Assembly: GCA_030265395.1 (NCBI GenBank)
Contig: JARFYF010000112.1
Location: 51,259,071-51,323,070, forward strand
Direction of reading: 5' to 3'
From: Rhina ancylostomus
Lineage: Eukaryota
DNA: 64,000 nt
Of this stretch, positions 1-12,320 are shown one piece after another; position 1 is the stretch's first letter, and every line of letters starts with the position of its first letter. The notes under the pieces were generated by a model. That model searched no databases. It was not told the origin of the DNA and worked only from the letters and a program-made list of their open reading frames with translations. The position numbers and the translations under genes were made by a program.

Positions 1-240
1 AGAACCCAGGACTGCTCTCGGGTAGAGCACTCTAAGCAACTAGGAGCCAAAGTAAACCCAAAGGTAGACCAATACTCTGGCAACTGGTGCCAGAGAAACA
101 CTAGTTCTCGAGAAATATGCTTGGCCCCTGATGGGGCTCAGGTGAGTGTCATTAAACAATCAGTCCAGCATAGAATCCATGTGCTGGACAACAAGGCATT
201 AAAGGAACCAAATTGAGGGCCAGAACTCAGAACCATGACA
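1..240. mobile_element. Partial LTR, family A (ends ...ACCATGACA)
   Basis: Matches the distal part of the complete copy at 38641-39046 and ends in TGACA at 240; truncated by the window start. Confidence 0.8.
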
Positions 241-249
241 GTTTTTTTT

Positions 250-970
250 TGGCCACTGCATGTTGTCATCAGTGCAGGCGTGTGATTCACTTGATGGGAA
301 CGTGGGGAAAGTGGGTTACAGGGCAAATTACTGGGGAAGAGAAATTTTTTCTGAGCTGGTATTGAATCGATTGGCCGAATGGATACTTGCCATAAGGATG
401 TCTGGAAATATGTCCCAAACAGGCTTTTCAAACAACAAGAAAAATATATGTAAATTATGCCCCAGTAATCACATGGAGACTTTCTTGATTATAAAGAACA
501 ATAATCCCAAGAAATCCTATCGCTGTACTTCCTTGTGATTAAATGTTAGAAAACATAAAGTGCAACCCCCTTTGCTGGTTGACTGTTGCACAGATTGTTG
601 GCTGCCTAAAGGCAATTGCTGAAGCTGTAGAGCTCCGTGGTTGTGAGCTGCTTCATTCCGACTCTGCCTCTTCAGTAACTTTGAAAGGAAGCTGGTATCC
701 CCTCCATAACTGGCATTGGGCAGCTCCAATTAATTCTATTGCACCCGTAATTCTGATTGGTCAACACCCTGATCTGAGCTCTTCAGTGTCAGGGAAAGTA
801 CAGTCGTGCTTGCTGTAGTTGATGGGAATTGTGCACAGACCGACATTGCTCAGAAGGTACTGGCATTGCCTGCACTCCTGCCTACGAGATCTAAAAGCCA
901 GCAAGGAGGACATCCAAAGAGGTTTGGTTTTCATAGCCTCTGATCTTTTGGGAATTGTGCGAAGTCCCAT
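250..970 (-). pseudogene. Decayed LRR / TLR11-subfamily-like ectodomain relic R1
   Basis: Minus-strand translation gives MGLRTIPK..PLWMSS..CQYLLSNVGLCTIPIN..PIRITGAIELIGA..LQLQQLPLG..LLGHNL, with stops and frameshifts; shares the WM..C, CQY and (T)G-x-I motifs with the relic at 19.9 kb. Confidence 0.4.
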
Positions 971-1019
971 CTGTAAGGGAGCGTGGAAAGGAAAAGCAAA
1001 GTAAACATGGTGTGGCCCG

Positions 1020-4000
1020 ATGAAAGCAAAATGTAGATGCTGGAAATCCAATACAAACATGAAAATGATTCACGTTTTTAGCAGAACAAGCAGCAGCCAA
1101 GAGGAGGAAAAAAAAGAGTAAACATTTCAGGTGAAGAACTTTCCCTCAGAACTGGTAAAGTGACAAAACAATGGTGTCATAACTTGCAAAAGGTGGGGTT
1201 GGAAACGTTGGAGGAACGAAGGGAAATGTCTATCATCTTTGGGGATCAAAGTTGTCAAGGTCGCATTTGTTAAAAACTGGCAGGTAGCGACGTATGAGAA
1301 AACAAATGAAGAAGATTGAAGGTGAAAGACNNNNNNNNNNNNNNNNNNNNNNNNNNNNNNNNNNNNNNNNNNNNNNNNNNNNNNNNNNNNNNNNNNNNNN
1401 NNNNNNNNNNNNNNNNNNNNNNNNNNNNNNNNNNNNNNNNNNNNNNNNNNNNNNNNNNNNNNNNNNNNNNNNNNNNNNNNNNNNNTATCGCAAAATTCAG
1501 TATTACGTTCTGAAGGCTGCGATGTGCCCAGACAAAAGGTGAAGTCTTATTTTCCCCAGTTTAAACCGAAAATTACCGGAGAACAAGAATAGGGCGAAGA
1601 CAAGGAGATCAGAGTGGGAATGGGAGAGAGAAATGATCTGACAGACAACTGGAAACTCAATGTTGCTCCTGCAGACCGAATGGAAGTTTTCTGAGAATCT
1701 GTTACCCACTCTTTAATTTCTCCACTGTAGAGGGGACTACATTGTGAGGTCTGAAATAAGTACGCTACATTGGAGTGTCTGCAGTCTGGAAAGGGGAGAA
1801 ATAAAACGGCACGTGTTTCCTTTCTAATGGTTTCAAGGGAATGTGTCGTGAGAAGGGACATGATGGTGAACATGGGAATTTTGACTGGTAAGTCATGGAG
1901 GCAGCAGTCTCTCTGGAATGCTGAAAGGGAGTGGTGAGGGGTGGAGCTGAATGGTGCTGGAACCCAATTAAGCGTGATGGAAATTATGGATAACAATCCA
2001 TTGAATGTGAAGGCTGGTATGCTGGAAGGTGACGACAAGCGTTGAACTTTCCTTAATATGGGTTGAGATGAGGGTGGTGGGGGGTGGTTGTGGGTGAGCA
2101 GAATTGTGGGAAATAGATGCGGTTGAGAACCCCTTCCACTCTGGTAGAAGGGAAGTGAACTCTAAGAATGGAGGACATCTTAAAGGCATCAATGCAGAAG
2201 CAGTGGAATTGGGAGAATGGAGTCCTTACAGGAAGCATTAGTGGGGTGAGCTACTTTCAAGATAAGCAAGGAAGATATTGGTCTTAACTCCGTGTTAACC
2301 TGTCCCCCAAGATGGAGATAGAGACGACAAGAAATGAAAGGAAGATTCGAACATCGACTATGAAAGGGAGAGCAGCCTCGAAACTGGACACAAAGCTAAA
2401 GGAATTTTCAAGGTTTTTAAATGTGCAGAAAGCAGCAAATGTATGTTCATTAATGTAATGGAAGTTGAGGGAAGGATATAATAACGTTTAAAACAAAGAG
2501 TTACCTCATGTACCCAATGAAGTGAAAGGCATAACGTGCATCTACGCGAGCTCCAATAGCTGCATATTTGACTTGCATAAGTGAGTGGAGTTGTTCAATA
2601 TGGTAAAATAGTTAGACAGGCAAAGTAGAGCCGTGGTGAAAGCGCAACGGTTTGGACCCTGTTTACGTAAGTAATCGTCTCCGAGGCCCCCTTTTTCTGG
2701 AACGAAGATACAGAATATTTTGATGTCCATGCCGAAAACGAGGTGGGATACAAAAACCAGAAAGTTTTGCACAAATTTCATATTTCACGAATAACCAGAA
2801 GGAGGTTATCAATCCCATCGAGTCCATGCTGCCTCTTATATTAATCTATTCATTTCCGGCCTTAAATTTATTTCCCATATTCTAGAGATATGGTTATTAG
2901 CTCACCCTGACCTTGCACCCATATCCCCACGATTTTCCTCCGATCTGCATAAACTGACAGTAATATATAGCAGCCAATTAACTCATCAACCTGCAGAACT
3001 TGGGGATGTGGAAGGAAACCAGAGAAACTGAGGGAAAGACACGCGGTCACATGGAGAAAGTGCACATTCCACATGGATTGCACCCGAGTCAGAATCAAAT
3101 CTTGGTGGTTGGAGCGATGAGACAGCTGCATTAACTATGGCTTCATTGTCAAAGTAGCAGTAAGCATCCAAGATGCGTTGGATGTAAATTAGAAGAAACT
3201 GGACAGTGGTGGAAAGAATGACGTTAAGATGAAGGAATTATTATGTGGGGAAATGAAGGCGACGACAGTACATCTGCCCTGTGTTCTGCCCCTGGATCTT
3301 GGGGAAGGGCGAGAAGTGGATTGAGGAGCTGTGAGACTCTTGAGTCTGGAGGCAGTGATAGGAAGACATCCAGAAGAATTGTGGTCAGTGTAGTCTGGAA
3401 GACATTGGCCTGATGTTCAGATATGGGAATGGTCCAGTGAGTGGCATGATGAGGTTTCTGGTTGCTTGTGTTCCGGTTTTGTGAGTTAGAGCCAATTCAC
3501 CATACCACAACAGCTCCGCCATTGTCAACATTTTTCATGATATTGAGGGGGTCCTTAGTGAATGGAGTGATGCAGGTTCAGAAGGGGGTAGGTTAGAGAG
3601 ACACGTACAGTAGACATCAACACTTAGAAGTGGATAGGACTGGAGAGGGAAGAAGCAGAAAAGCAGTGGTACAGTTGGATCGGGAATTCTGGATCCAATT
3701 ATAGAGAAACAAGGGGTCCTGAGTCTGACGTAGGGACTCCTGGGCAAAACTATAGGCATGGAGGAAAATGCTTGGAAAGAAGAGCTCAAAATCAAAAACT
3801 TACGAAGAAGGAGGTGAAGCTGATACCAGTTGCAATTCGAGGGGAGGGTGGCGGAGTGAAAACTCAACAACTAATAGGACTGGGGGAGAGAGACGTTTAG
3901 AAGGAAGTGAATGTGGGCGGGGGTGGATACCGAGTAGTGCTTGAATTCAAGAACTGTTCAAGTTTGGAAGAAAAGGTCACGTTTCTTGTTGAAAAAAGGG

Positions 4001-4470
4001 ATAACGTCGACGTGCAGAGAAGTCAATTTGAACAAAACTTTTGCCGAGAAAGGTCAAGTGCATGAAATTGTCAATGAATGGCATTAAGCGGAGAAAGAGT
4101 TGTGGCCGTGAAAACAAGTTTTGGCCGACAGTTTCTCAGAAACAAGAAGGAAAATAGACACTATTGAGAGTGAGCAGGATTTAAAAAAACATAAATGCAG
4201 GGAAAAGCACAGCAGGTCAAACGGCATCTGGGGTCTGATATTTCAGGACGAAGACATCAGAAATCGCGAACTGAGAAAACAAACGATTTTGGTGTTGCGT
4301 AAAAAAAGGGGTGGAGAGAACAGAGGGAACGTCTGGGACCGGATGTAGTTCAAGATTGTCAAGGGAAGCGTTACTTTATATATAAGGAAGAACAATCAGA
4401 GAATACCGAGGAAGAAGAGATACATCGCAAATGGAAGGTAAATGATGTTCAAAGAGAGGAAAACAGATGC
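1020..4470 (-). mobile_element. Decayed Penelope-like retroelement (RT + GIY-YIG endonuclease)
   Basis: ORF 2542-2781 (FGMDIKIFCIFVP..TTALLCLSNYFTILNNSTHL) resembles the PLE RT motif FTMDVxSLYTSIP..LTLNNFSF. ORFs 1547-2038 and 1503-1709 (SQCSPLYSGEIK / LGNRFSENFHSV..PVVCQ..SHSHSDL) resemble the GIY-YIG motif CxxCxxxYIGET..RFxEH. Confidence 0.8.
2815..3140 (-). mobile_element. V-SINE (HE1-like) inserted in the Penelope element
   Basis: Degenerate V-domain core GGAAGGAAACCAGAG..GGTCACATGGAGAAAGTGCACATTCCACA on the + strand, i.e. the element is on the minus strand. Confidence 0.65.
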
Positions 4471-5489
4471 TTTTTTCCCCTAATTCTTGAATTAAGCATT
4501 GGGTACCGATGGTTATTATATGTCCAAGTCTGTTCCTGAAGCTTCAGTTAATTCAATGCAGGTGGCTGAAGATTGGCAAGTCAGATTGAGATTGGTCCGG
4601 AGAACTAAACCGGCAATTGAAATCTCGGGGTTACTCTTTGGGATTTAAATGTTGGAGCTCCCAAACGATTGTTTAGCTGCCAGATGGTGAGAAGAGAAGA
4701 GGACCACAATAGTCAATTTAACATCTTCTGCGGTTTCATGGTAATCTGCCAGGAGGAATGGAGTAGATGGTGGACTCTGAATTCTATGTTTTCTTTCTCC
4801 TACATTGATCCAAAGGTGCCCAGCATAAATATGAAAAACAGTAACTCATCTTCCATTCAGGCACATTACACAGCCTTCAGAATTAATGCTGAATTTAACA
4901 TTTTCAGGTATTCATCCTAAATGTCGGTCTCCATTGGTCTGACTGTACGATGCGGCTTCATTTCGTTAACTTTTTACTTTCACTCTGTCTGCAATTTCTG
5001 TTCTTTTATGAGCATAATTCTCAATTCTGCAACTTTTTTTCTGCACCAGGCCATTGAAACTTACTTCTTTCCCTCCATCCTTTGTCCATTTTGTAACTTA
5101 AAACGTGTTTCTCAGCTCACTTTTCAGTTATAATTCCGGAACCTGAAATGTTGATAATTTTTGTGTCCCCATGGATGCTGCTTCACCTGCTGGATGCTTC
5201 CAGCATTTTGTATTTTTTTCTTAAATTCAGAATAAGAGTAACGCTTGGTCGAACAATTTCACTTCACTCTTAGTATCACCCCCATGGGCACAGTAATTTA
5301 GTGTTAAAAACTAGTGGTGATAGCTCCTTCTGTACAGTTTTCGGATGCTCTCATTCTTCAGCTGATTTCTCTCAATTCCCCAGCGAAAAATCTGCTCAAC
5401 ATACTGAAATAATAACATCTAAACATGAGGTAAAATTCTGACTCTCATCCTCTCAGATCCTTTTGAAGATCCCCACCTTCCAGGCCATT

Positions 5490-5720
5490 TCATCGCAGCT
5501 ACCACTGCGTAGGAGGTACAGAAGCCTGAAGTCCCACACCACCAGGTTCCAGAACACTTATTTCCCTTTAACCATTCGGTTATTGAATTATGTTTAATTG
5601 ATGTTTAACTTGTGAATGCTGCCTATATGATACCATGTTCCTATGATTCTGCTGCAAATAAGTTTTACATTGCACCTGTGCATACAAGCACTTGTACATA
5701 TTGCAATATACTTGATTTTA
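5490..5720 (+). mobile_element. Rex1/Babar-like LINE 3' fragment
   Basis: GGAGGTACAGAAGCCTGAAGTCCCACACCACCAGGTTC encodes the typical RT C-terminal RRYRSLKSHTTRF motif, followed by a 3' UTR-like tail. Confidence 0.65.
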
Positions 5721-6639
5721 ACCTACAGATCAAGATCTCCAGATACCCTCAACCATTTGGCTGAACCTGCACATCTAGAACCAGGTCAAGCAGTTAATCC
5801 CTAGCCCCATCAGTCAAATGTTTCACGCCAGTCATTTCTGGAGGTGAGACATTTATGTGAACTCTGCCAAAATCCATTCACATTCTATTTTCTTCAGTGG
5901 TGACACAAGGGGACAAATGCCTTCACAGTCTGACCTACTGACCTACTATCACTATTTGAGCAACAAAGTGAAATAAATGTAATATATACTGCAGAATGGC
6001 AGGCAGAGACTAAGAAACTGCGGACATGAGCTAAAACTGCTGGAAAACAAAGTGTTATCTCAATCAGCAGTAAGAATCCAATTTGACCTCTGAGTATTTG
6101 GCCCAATGGAACAGATCAGGATCCACAATATAAAGCTAATGATAAAGGCGGGGTCCAGCACTTTCACCAACATTATTCAAACCATTCGAATGGAAGCACG
6201 CACTTTACACACAAAGCTGGACAAAGAGACACACTAGATTTGCATAACCTGGTGTGTTCCTGCTGCTTTCAAGAGAATAGAAAAATGGTGTGACTCAGTG
6301 TTGGAAGTGAAGTTGCTGCAGCTGTTAATTCTGGTGCCGTGTCCAAATCTTGTAGTCTTTCATAGACTTCCTGCCCAGTATAATTTCCTGCATTTGAAGA
6401 TCACAGCAAAGGAGACACCCTTTCTGAAAAAAAAGTAAGATTCAGATGTTACTCCCAGACATTGTCAGTATGGGATCCATCATCTCACGTGACAGCAGAA
6501 CATAGGATGTGCCTGATTAATTGAGAAGGACCTCAATTGGGTGAGTTAGCAAGCATACGGATACCACCAAGATTTGTGGAATTGTGGAATTGCCAATCAA
6601 AGAATACAGCGGTACAGAGATCAGTTACAAATATGAGCA

Positions 6640-7080
6640 GGGATGGAGATGGAGAAAGTGTGAAGTGTTGCAAAGTGTCCATTTATGGTCGCCCCATTAT
6701 AGGAAGGATGTGGAGATTGTAGGAAAGGTACAGAAGAGGTTTATCAGGATGCTGCCTGGAATGTAGGGAATGAGCTGTAAGGATAGATTGGACAGACTTG
6801 GGTTGTTCTCGTGAGAGCGTCGAAGGCTGAGGGGAGACCCGACAGAAGTTTTTTTTTTAAATTGTCAGACGCACAGTAGACAGTCAGTATCTGTTCTCCA
6901 AAGTGGAAATGCCAACCACCAGAGGACATGCTTTTAAGGTTGGGGTTGTGGGGGTTAAAGACGAGCAGAGAAACAAATGTTCTTGTGCAGAGAGTGGCAC
7001 TTGCTAAGAATGAGTTACCAGGGGTAATTGTGGATCCAGGCAGTTTGGTGGTGTTCAAGAGGCTTTTAGATAGACGCATA
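6640..7080 (+). mobile_element. CR1-type LINE 3' fragment
   Basis: VHLWSPHYRKDVEIVGKVQKRFIRMLPGM (ORF 6584-6766) is a canonical CR1 ORF2 C-terminal motif; the tail resumes at about 7350-7390 and 7736-7825 after nested insertions. Confidence 0.85.
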
Positions 7081-7347
7081 AGATAATATATCTTTATTAG
7101 TCACATGTACATCGAAACACACAGTGAAATACATCTTTTGTGTGGATTGTTTTGAGGGTAGCCCACAAGTGTCACCAGACTTCTGGCGCCAACAGAGCAT
7201 GCCCACAACTTCCTAACTTGTACGTCATTGGAATGTGCGAGGAAACTGGAACACCCGGAGGAAACCCATGCAGGCACGGGGAGAATGTACAAATTCCACA
7301 CAGACAGTGGCTGGAATTGAACCCGGGTCGCTGGCGCTGTAATAGTG
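7081..7347 (-). mobile_element. tRNA-derived V-SINE, relatively young
   Basis: B-box-like GGAATTGAACCC (reverse complement GGGTTCAATTCC), V core GGAAACTGGAACACCCGGAGGAAACCCA, and TCTTTATT tail on the + strand. Confidence 0.85.
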
Positions 7348-7390
7348 ATTATGAATATGAAAGGTATGGAGGGATACGTTTGATAAAGAG

Positions 7391-7437
7391 TGTTACGGAC
7401 TAGGTTACTGTTAGTGAGTGTCCATTTTAGACAGTGT

Positions 7438-7488
<51 letters not shown>

Positions 7489-7735
7489 TGTGTGTGTGTG
7501 GCATACTTACNNNNNNNNNNNNNNNNNNNNNNNNNNNNNNNNNNNNNNNNNNNNNNNNNNNNNNNNNNNNNNNNNNNNNNNNNNNNNNNNNNNNNNNNNN
7601 NNNNNNNNNNTTTTTACTTCTAACATTCTAACATTTTTACTTTTATTTTACTTATTATCAAAAGTAGTTATTAATAAAGTAGTTTTTACACTTATACATG
7701 TCTCGGTGCGTTTCTTATGTTGCTGGTACGTAACA
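7391..7735 (+). mobile_element. Solo LTR, family B (TGTTA...TAACA), spanning a gap
   Basis: Terminal inverted TGTTAC/GTAACA, AATAAA near the end, near-matching 4-bp flanks AGAG/ATAG; its 3' part is the reverse complement of 20296-20420. Confidence 0.7.
7434..7500. repeat. (TG)n microsatellite inside LTR B
   Basis: Directly visible, slightly interrupted TG run. Confidence 0.95.
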
Positions 7736-9159
7736 ATAGGGGGGCATATAGTATAAATCGGTATCAAGATCCGCACAACATTGTGGGCCAAATGGCGTGT
7801 CCAGTGCTGTAATATTGTCTATGAGTCCTTCAGTGGTGATTCTTTATTCTCTGTCCCTGAGGCATTTGGGCTGACGTGCCAGCCCTCTAACTCAGCAAGA
7901 GGTAACAGGCTTGGTAGCAACGCCACTAGTGCAAGAGCACATCGATTATAGGAGATTATATTGGCGTGGTGAAGAACGGAGATTCATATGTTGCATGTCG
8001 TGTGAGTATCATTCATGATCATCCAGGAAAAGGAACCGGAATCTTCCATTTGTTTATGGAGACATTAGCTCTTTTTTTCTCCAGAATTTATTCTGTTCTA
8101 TTCTTTGTTGTCCTTCGGTTGGACGGGTCGCAGACCACGTTTGCCAGTGACTGCAGACTGACTGCTGGAAGTTACTCTGTTCGCTGCGGGTCTCGTCAGA
8201 TTTCCTTCATAACCCCAAATAAGCTCTTGTCCAAGATGTATCAGCTACACACCGCCGTCCCAGCTAGCTGAAGGGGACGGGGAGTGAGGTTGGATTGTCT
8301 AGCCGAACCCAGAGTGACGAAAGGTGCATATGGTGCCGACAACGATGCGATGGGATGTGAATTCTGTGTGCCTGAAGGGGGCATCAATGTCTTGAAACTG
8401 GCAGTCCATCAACGGACGGGATGGAGACGGATGCAATGACTTACTGGCACCCAGGCTGCAAGAGCCTCATTTAAATCTTCAGAACTGGAGTCGAGGCGGC
8501 TGATAGATCCCGACTCACAGATATATGGTCCCGAATGTGCTTACTCGTCTGCTTAGAATCTGCTCTCTGCACTACTAGGCGGGATTCCGGTTATGGTGGA
8601 GAAAGATGTTGGAGGTGAGGCGAGTCTCTACTTCAGTGTAAGAGAGGAGATCTCATGCGTCGTATTCCTGAATCTGCAGGGGAGCAGTTTTTCGTTTGTG
8701 CCCCTTACTGTTCACGCAGGAAAGACATCTTTTCACATAGAACAACCACCACCAAGCACCCACCCCGCCGTTTCATGGAGAGCAGCCCAAAGTTCACATG
8801 CAGAACCTCTGTGTCCATGGGTTTGAAACAGGAGTGTAATGTCGGTAGAAGGAACAGAGTGCACATTCTTGCTTGCTACTTTTGGGCCCATGTCATCCTG
8901 AGGGTACAAATCCATTCAAATTGGGATGGGCGAGCAGTGGACAGGAAATTAGATATTCGTCGTTGTTGTAAAAATCTGCGATAATTCAAGTTCATATGAT
9001 GCGAATTTAGTCCTGTTTTTCTTTTATTAGTTCGGTGGAGTCCGAAACGAAAAGTGACATAAGGGACGTTTAACTTTATAATGGACATCTACGTTATGAA
9101 GCACGGTGCAGTGCTGAGAATGGTGAAAAGGTCGAAAGTGAGGAATGACAGACGAATCC

Positions 9160-10037
9160 TCAGCCCCAACTCTACTCCCTATACGCTCATGATTGTGTGG
9201 CCGGATTCATCTCTAACTCCATACACACGTTTGCAGGTGATACCACCTTAGTAGGCTGTATCTCAAATCACGATGAGTCGGAGAACAGGAAGAAGATAGA
9301 GAGCTTAGTAACAAGGTATCATAACAACAACCTTTCCCCACAATGTAGTCATAACAAAAGAGCTGGTCATTGGCTTCAGGAAGGCGGGGCGGTGCACATG
9401 CTTCTGTCTATGTCAACGGTCCTGAGGTCGAAAGGGTTGAGTGCTTCAAGTTGGTAAGAGTGAATATCACCAGCAGCCTGCCTTGTCCAACCATGTAGAC
9501 GCCACGGCCAATAAAAGCTCAACAGCGCCTCTACTTATCAGGAGGCAAAAAAATTGGCATGTCCTTTCCAATTTGTGTCGATGCACTGCAGAAAGCATTC
9601 GATCCGGGTGGGTCACGGCTTGGTATGGCAGCTGCCCTGCCCGTGACCGGAAGAAACTGCAGAGAGTTGTGGACCAGCTCAGCACATCAGGGAAACCGAC
9701 CTCCCTCCATGGACTTTCTATACTTCTGCCTGCCTTGGTAAAGCAGTCAGCATAATCAAAGACCCCACCAACCCCGATCATTCTCCCTTCTCCCCTCTCC
9801 CATCGGGTAGAAGGTACAAACACTGAAAGCAGTTACCGCTGGCTCAAGGACAGTTTCTATCCTACTGTTATAAGCCTATTGAACGGTTCCCTAATACAAT
9901 TCGATGGATTCCTGATTTCACAATCTATCTCGTTGTAATCTTGCACCTTATTGTCCACTTGGACCGCAATTTCTCTGTAACTGTTACATGTTATTCTTCA
10001 TTCTGCATTTTTACTATATACTACCCCAATGCATCAT
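9160..10037 (+). mobile_element. Rex1/Babar-like LINE, RT 3' part, decayed
   Basis: LYSLYAHDCVA..SNSIHTFAGDTTLVGCISNHDESENRKKIESLV matches the Rex1 RT FADD region; downstream CTAESIRSGWVTAWYGSC..DRKKLQRVV. Confidence 0.9.
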
Positions 10038-10157
10038 TTAATGAAATGATCTGCATGNNNNNNNNNNNNNNNNNNNNNNNNNNNNNNNNNNNNNNNNNNN
10101 NNNNNNNNNNNNNNNNNNNNNNNNNNNNNNNNNNNNNNNNNNNNNNNNNNNNNNNNN

Positions 10158-10278
10158 CTAGGCCCCTGATGGGGCTCAGGTGTGTATTGTTATCTAATCA
10201 GTCCAGCATGGAATCCATGTGCTTGACAACAAGGTCTTAAAGGAGCCAAACAGAGGGCCAGATCTCTGAACCATTACA
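10158..10278. mobile_element. Partial LTR, family A
   Basis: GGCCCCTGATGGGGCTCAGGTG..AGTCCAGCATGGAATCCATGTGC..CCATTACA matches the distal part of 38641-39046. Confidence 0.8.
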
Positions 10279-11560
10279 CTTTCTGGCTAACTTGAGCAAG
10301 GTGAGGCAATCCCGTGGTGCGCTTTCCTGTTTCTTGCATTGTTCCCCCACTCCCACTGGTTTACCCAGCTCTGTTAAATACATTTCTGGTATCCACATAA
10401 CCATGACTCACTCTCTCCAGTTCTCTCCAGGAGGGAAATATCACACAACGAAAGACAGAAAGGAGGACACAGCCCATGACCTCTCCCAAAGGGAAGGGCT
10501 TGGATAACTGGATCATCATAGAGGCTGGGCAGTAAGAGCAAAACCTGGAATGGGAGGATCCAGCTCCAGGTACGTATGGACAGGCCGAACATATTGCCTC
10601 AGCTCCTCCTGCCTCAGCAGAACCTTCCAGCTTTCAGTATTTCCCTGCCAGTTCAGGTTCAGTGGTCAGCTTGTGACTGTGTCTGCTCTCTTCAACAGCT
10701 GCCGTATTGATAAAACAGATCCTATTGTGCGATGGTGGGGGTGGGGTGGGGTGGGGGTGTGTGGTTTGTGGGTGCCAAAGTGTAGACCCAATGAGAATAA
10801 AGGAGTGGTGGTATCTTTCCAAGTCAGCATGCTGTGTGATGGAGGAGAAGCTGTAAGTGGTGGGATTCGCTTGCACCAAAACTCTTTTATTGTTTTGTTG
10901 GTGGGGGTTGTGGGGTTGGAAGGCACTGCCACTGTAGCAAAGGCAATTAGAGCTGGGCACTTGTGAGTGGCACACACTCAAGCAGCTGTGTGGTGGTGGT
11001 GGAGGGTGCAAACACCTTAGGATGGTGGATGATGTATTAGTGCATCATCCTGAGCATTGTTGGAGCTGCACGTGACAGGCAAGTGGAAGGTTATCCAGCA
11101 CGCTCCCGACTTCTGCCTTGCAGGTAGTGGGAGGCCTTTGCGGTTTCAGGGAGTGTGCCACTCGCTGCTGGAGACCCTGCCTCTGACCCCTCTGACCTGT
11201 GTTCTTAGCCACAGTTTTAGAACACAGAACATTATAGCAGAGTACAGGCCCTTCAGAACATAATGTTGTGCCGACATTTTATCCCTCTCTAAGATCAATC
11301 TAACCCTTTCCTCCCACATAGAACCCCCACCCCCCCATTTCACTATGATTCTTGTGTCTATGTAAGAGTCTCTTAAAAGCCCCTAATGTATCTGCCCCCA
11401 CAACCTCTGCCAGCATTTCCATTTACCCTCAGCACTGTGTGTCCTGTGTTCCACCACGTGTCCTCCTTCGCTGAAACCCTGAGGAGGAAACAACTCATTT
11501 TACACTCCTCCTTCAGCTTGACTATCACAAGGTGAAATGATGCTGCTGTATCCCAGTAGT

Positions 11561-12320
11561 CAGGAAGGCGGGGCGGTGCACATGCTTCTGTCTGTATCAA
11601 CGGTCCTGAGGTCGAGAGGGTTAAGTGCTTCAAGTTTGTAAGAGTGAATATCACCAATAGCCTGCCTTGTCCAACCATGTAGACGCCACAGCCAAAAGAG
11701 CTCAACAGCACCTCTACTTATCAGGAGGAAAAAAAATGGCATGTCCCCTCCAATTTGTGTTGATGCACTGCAGAAAGCATTCGATCCGGGTGGGTCACAT
11801 CTCGGTATGGCAGCTGCCCTGCCCGTGACCGCAAGAAACTGCAGAGAGTTGTGGACACAGCTCAGTACATCACAGAAACCAACCTCCCTCCATGGACTTT
11901 CTATACTTCTGCCTGCCTCAGTAAAGCAGTCAGCATAATCAAAGACCCCACCCACCCCGATCATTCTCCCTTCTTCCCTCTCCCATTGGGTGGAAGGTAC
12001 AAATGCTGAAAGCAGTTACTGCTGGCTCAGGGACAGTTTCTATCCCACTGTTATAAGACAATTGAACGGTTCCCTAATACGATACGATGGACTCCTGATT
12101 TCACAATCTATCTCGTTGTAATCTTGCACCTTATTGTCCACTTGGACCGCAATTTCTCTGTAGCTGTTACACATTATTCTTCATTCTGCATTTTTACCGT
12201 ATACTACCCCAATGCATCGTTTAATGAAATGATCTGCATGAACAGCATGCAAATCAAGTTTTTCACTGTATTTCGGTATAAGTGACAATAATAAAACCAG
12301 TTCCAACCAATTCCAATTTT
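11561..12320 (+). mobile_element. Second Rex1-like LINE copy, closely similar to 9377-10037
   Basis: Near-colinear with the first copy (compare ORFs 11560-11964 and 9467-9823); ends AATAATAAAACCAGTTCCAACCAATTCCAATT. Confidence 0.9.

Noticed and set aside
7081-7347. tRNA gene (B-box present; A-box-like starts also at 48068 and 49838)
   Set aside because: The boxes belong to tRNA-derived V-SINE heads; no cloverleaf.
7390-7756. VCVCVC-rich ORFs
   Set aside because: Translations of a (TG)n microsatellite running into an N gap.
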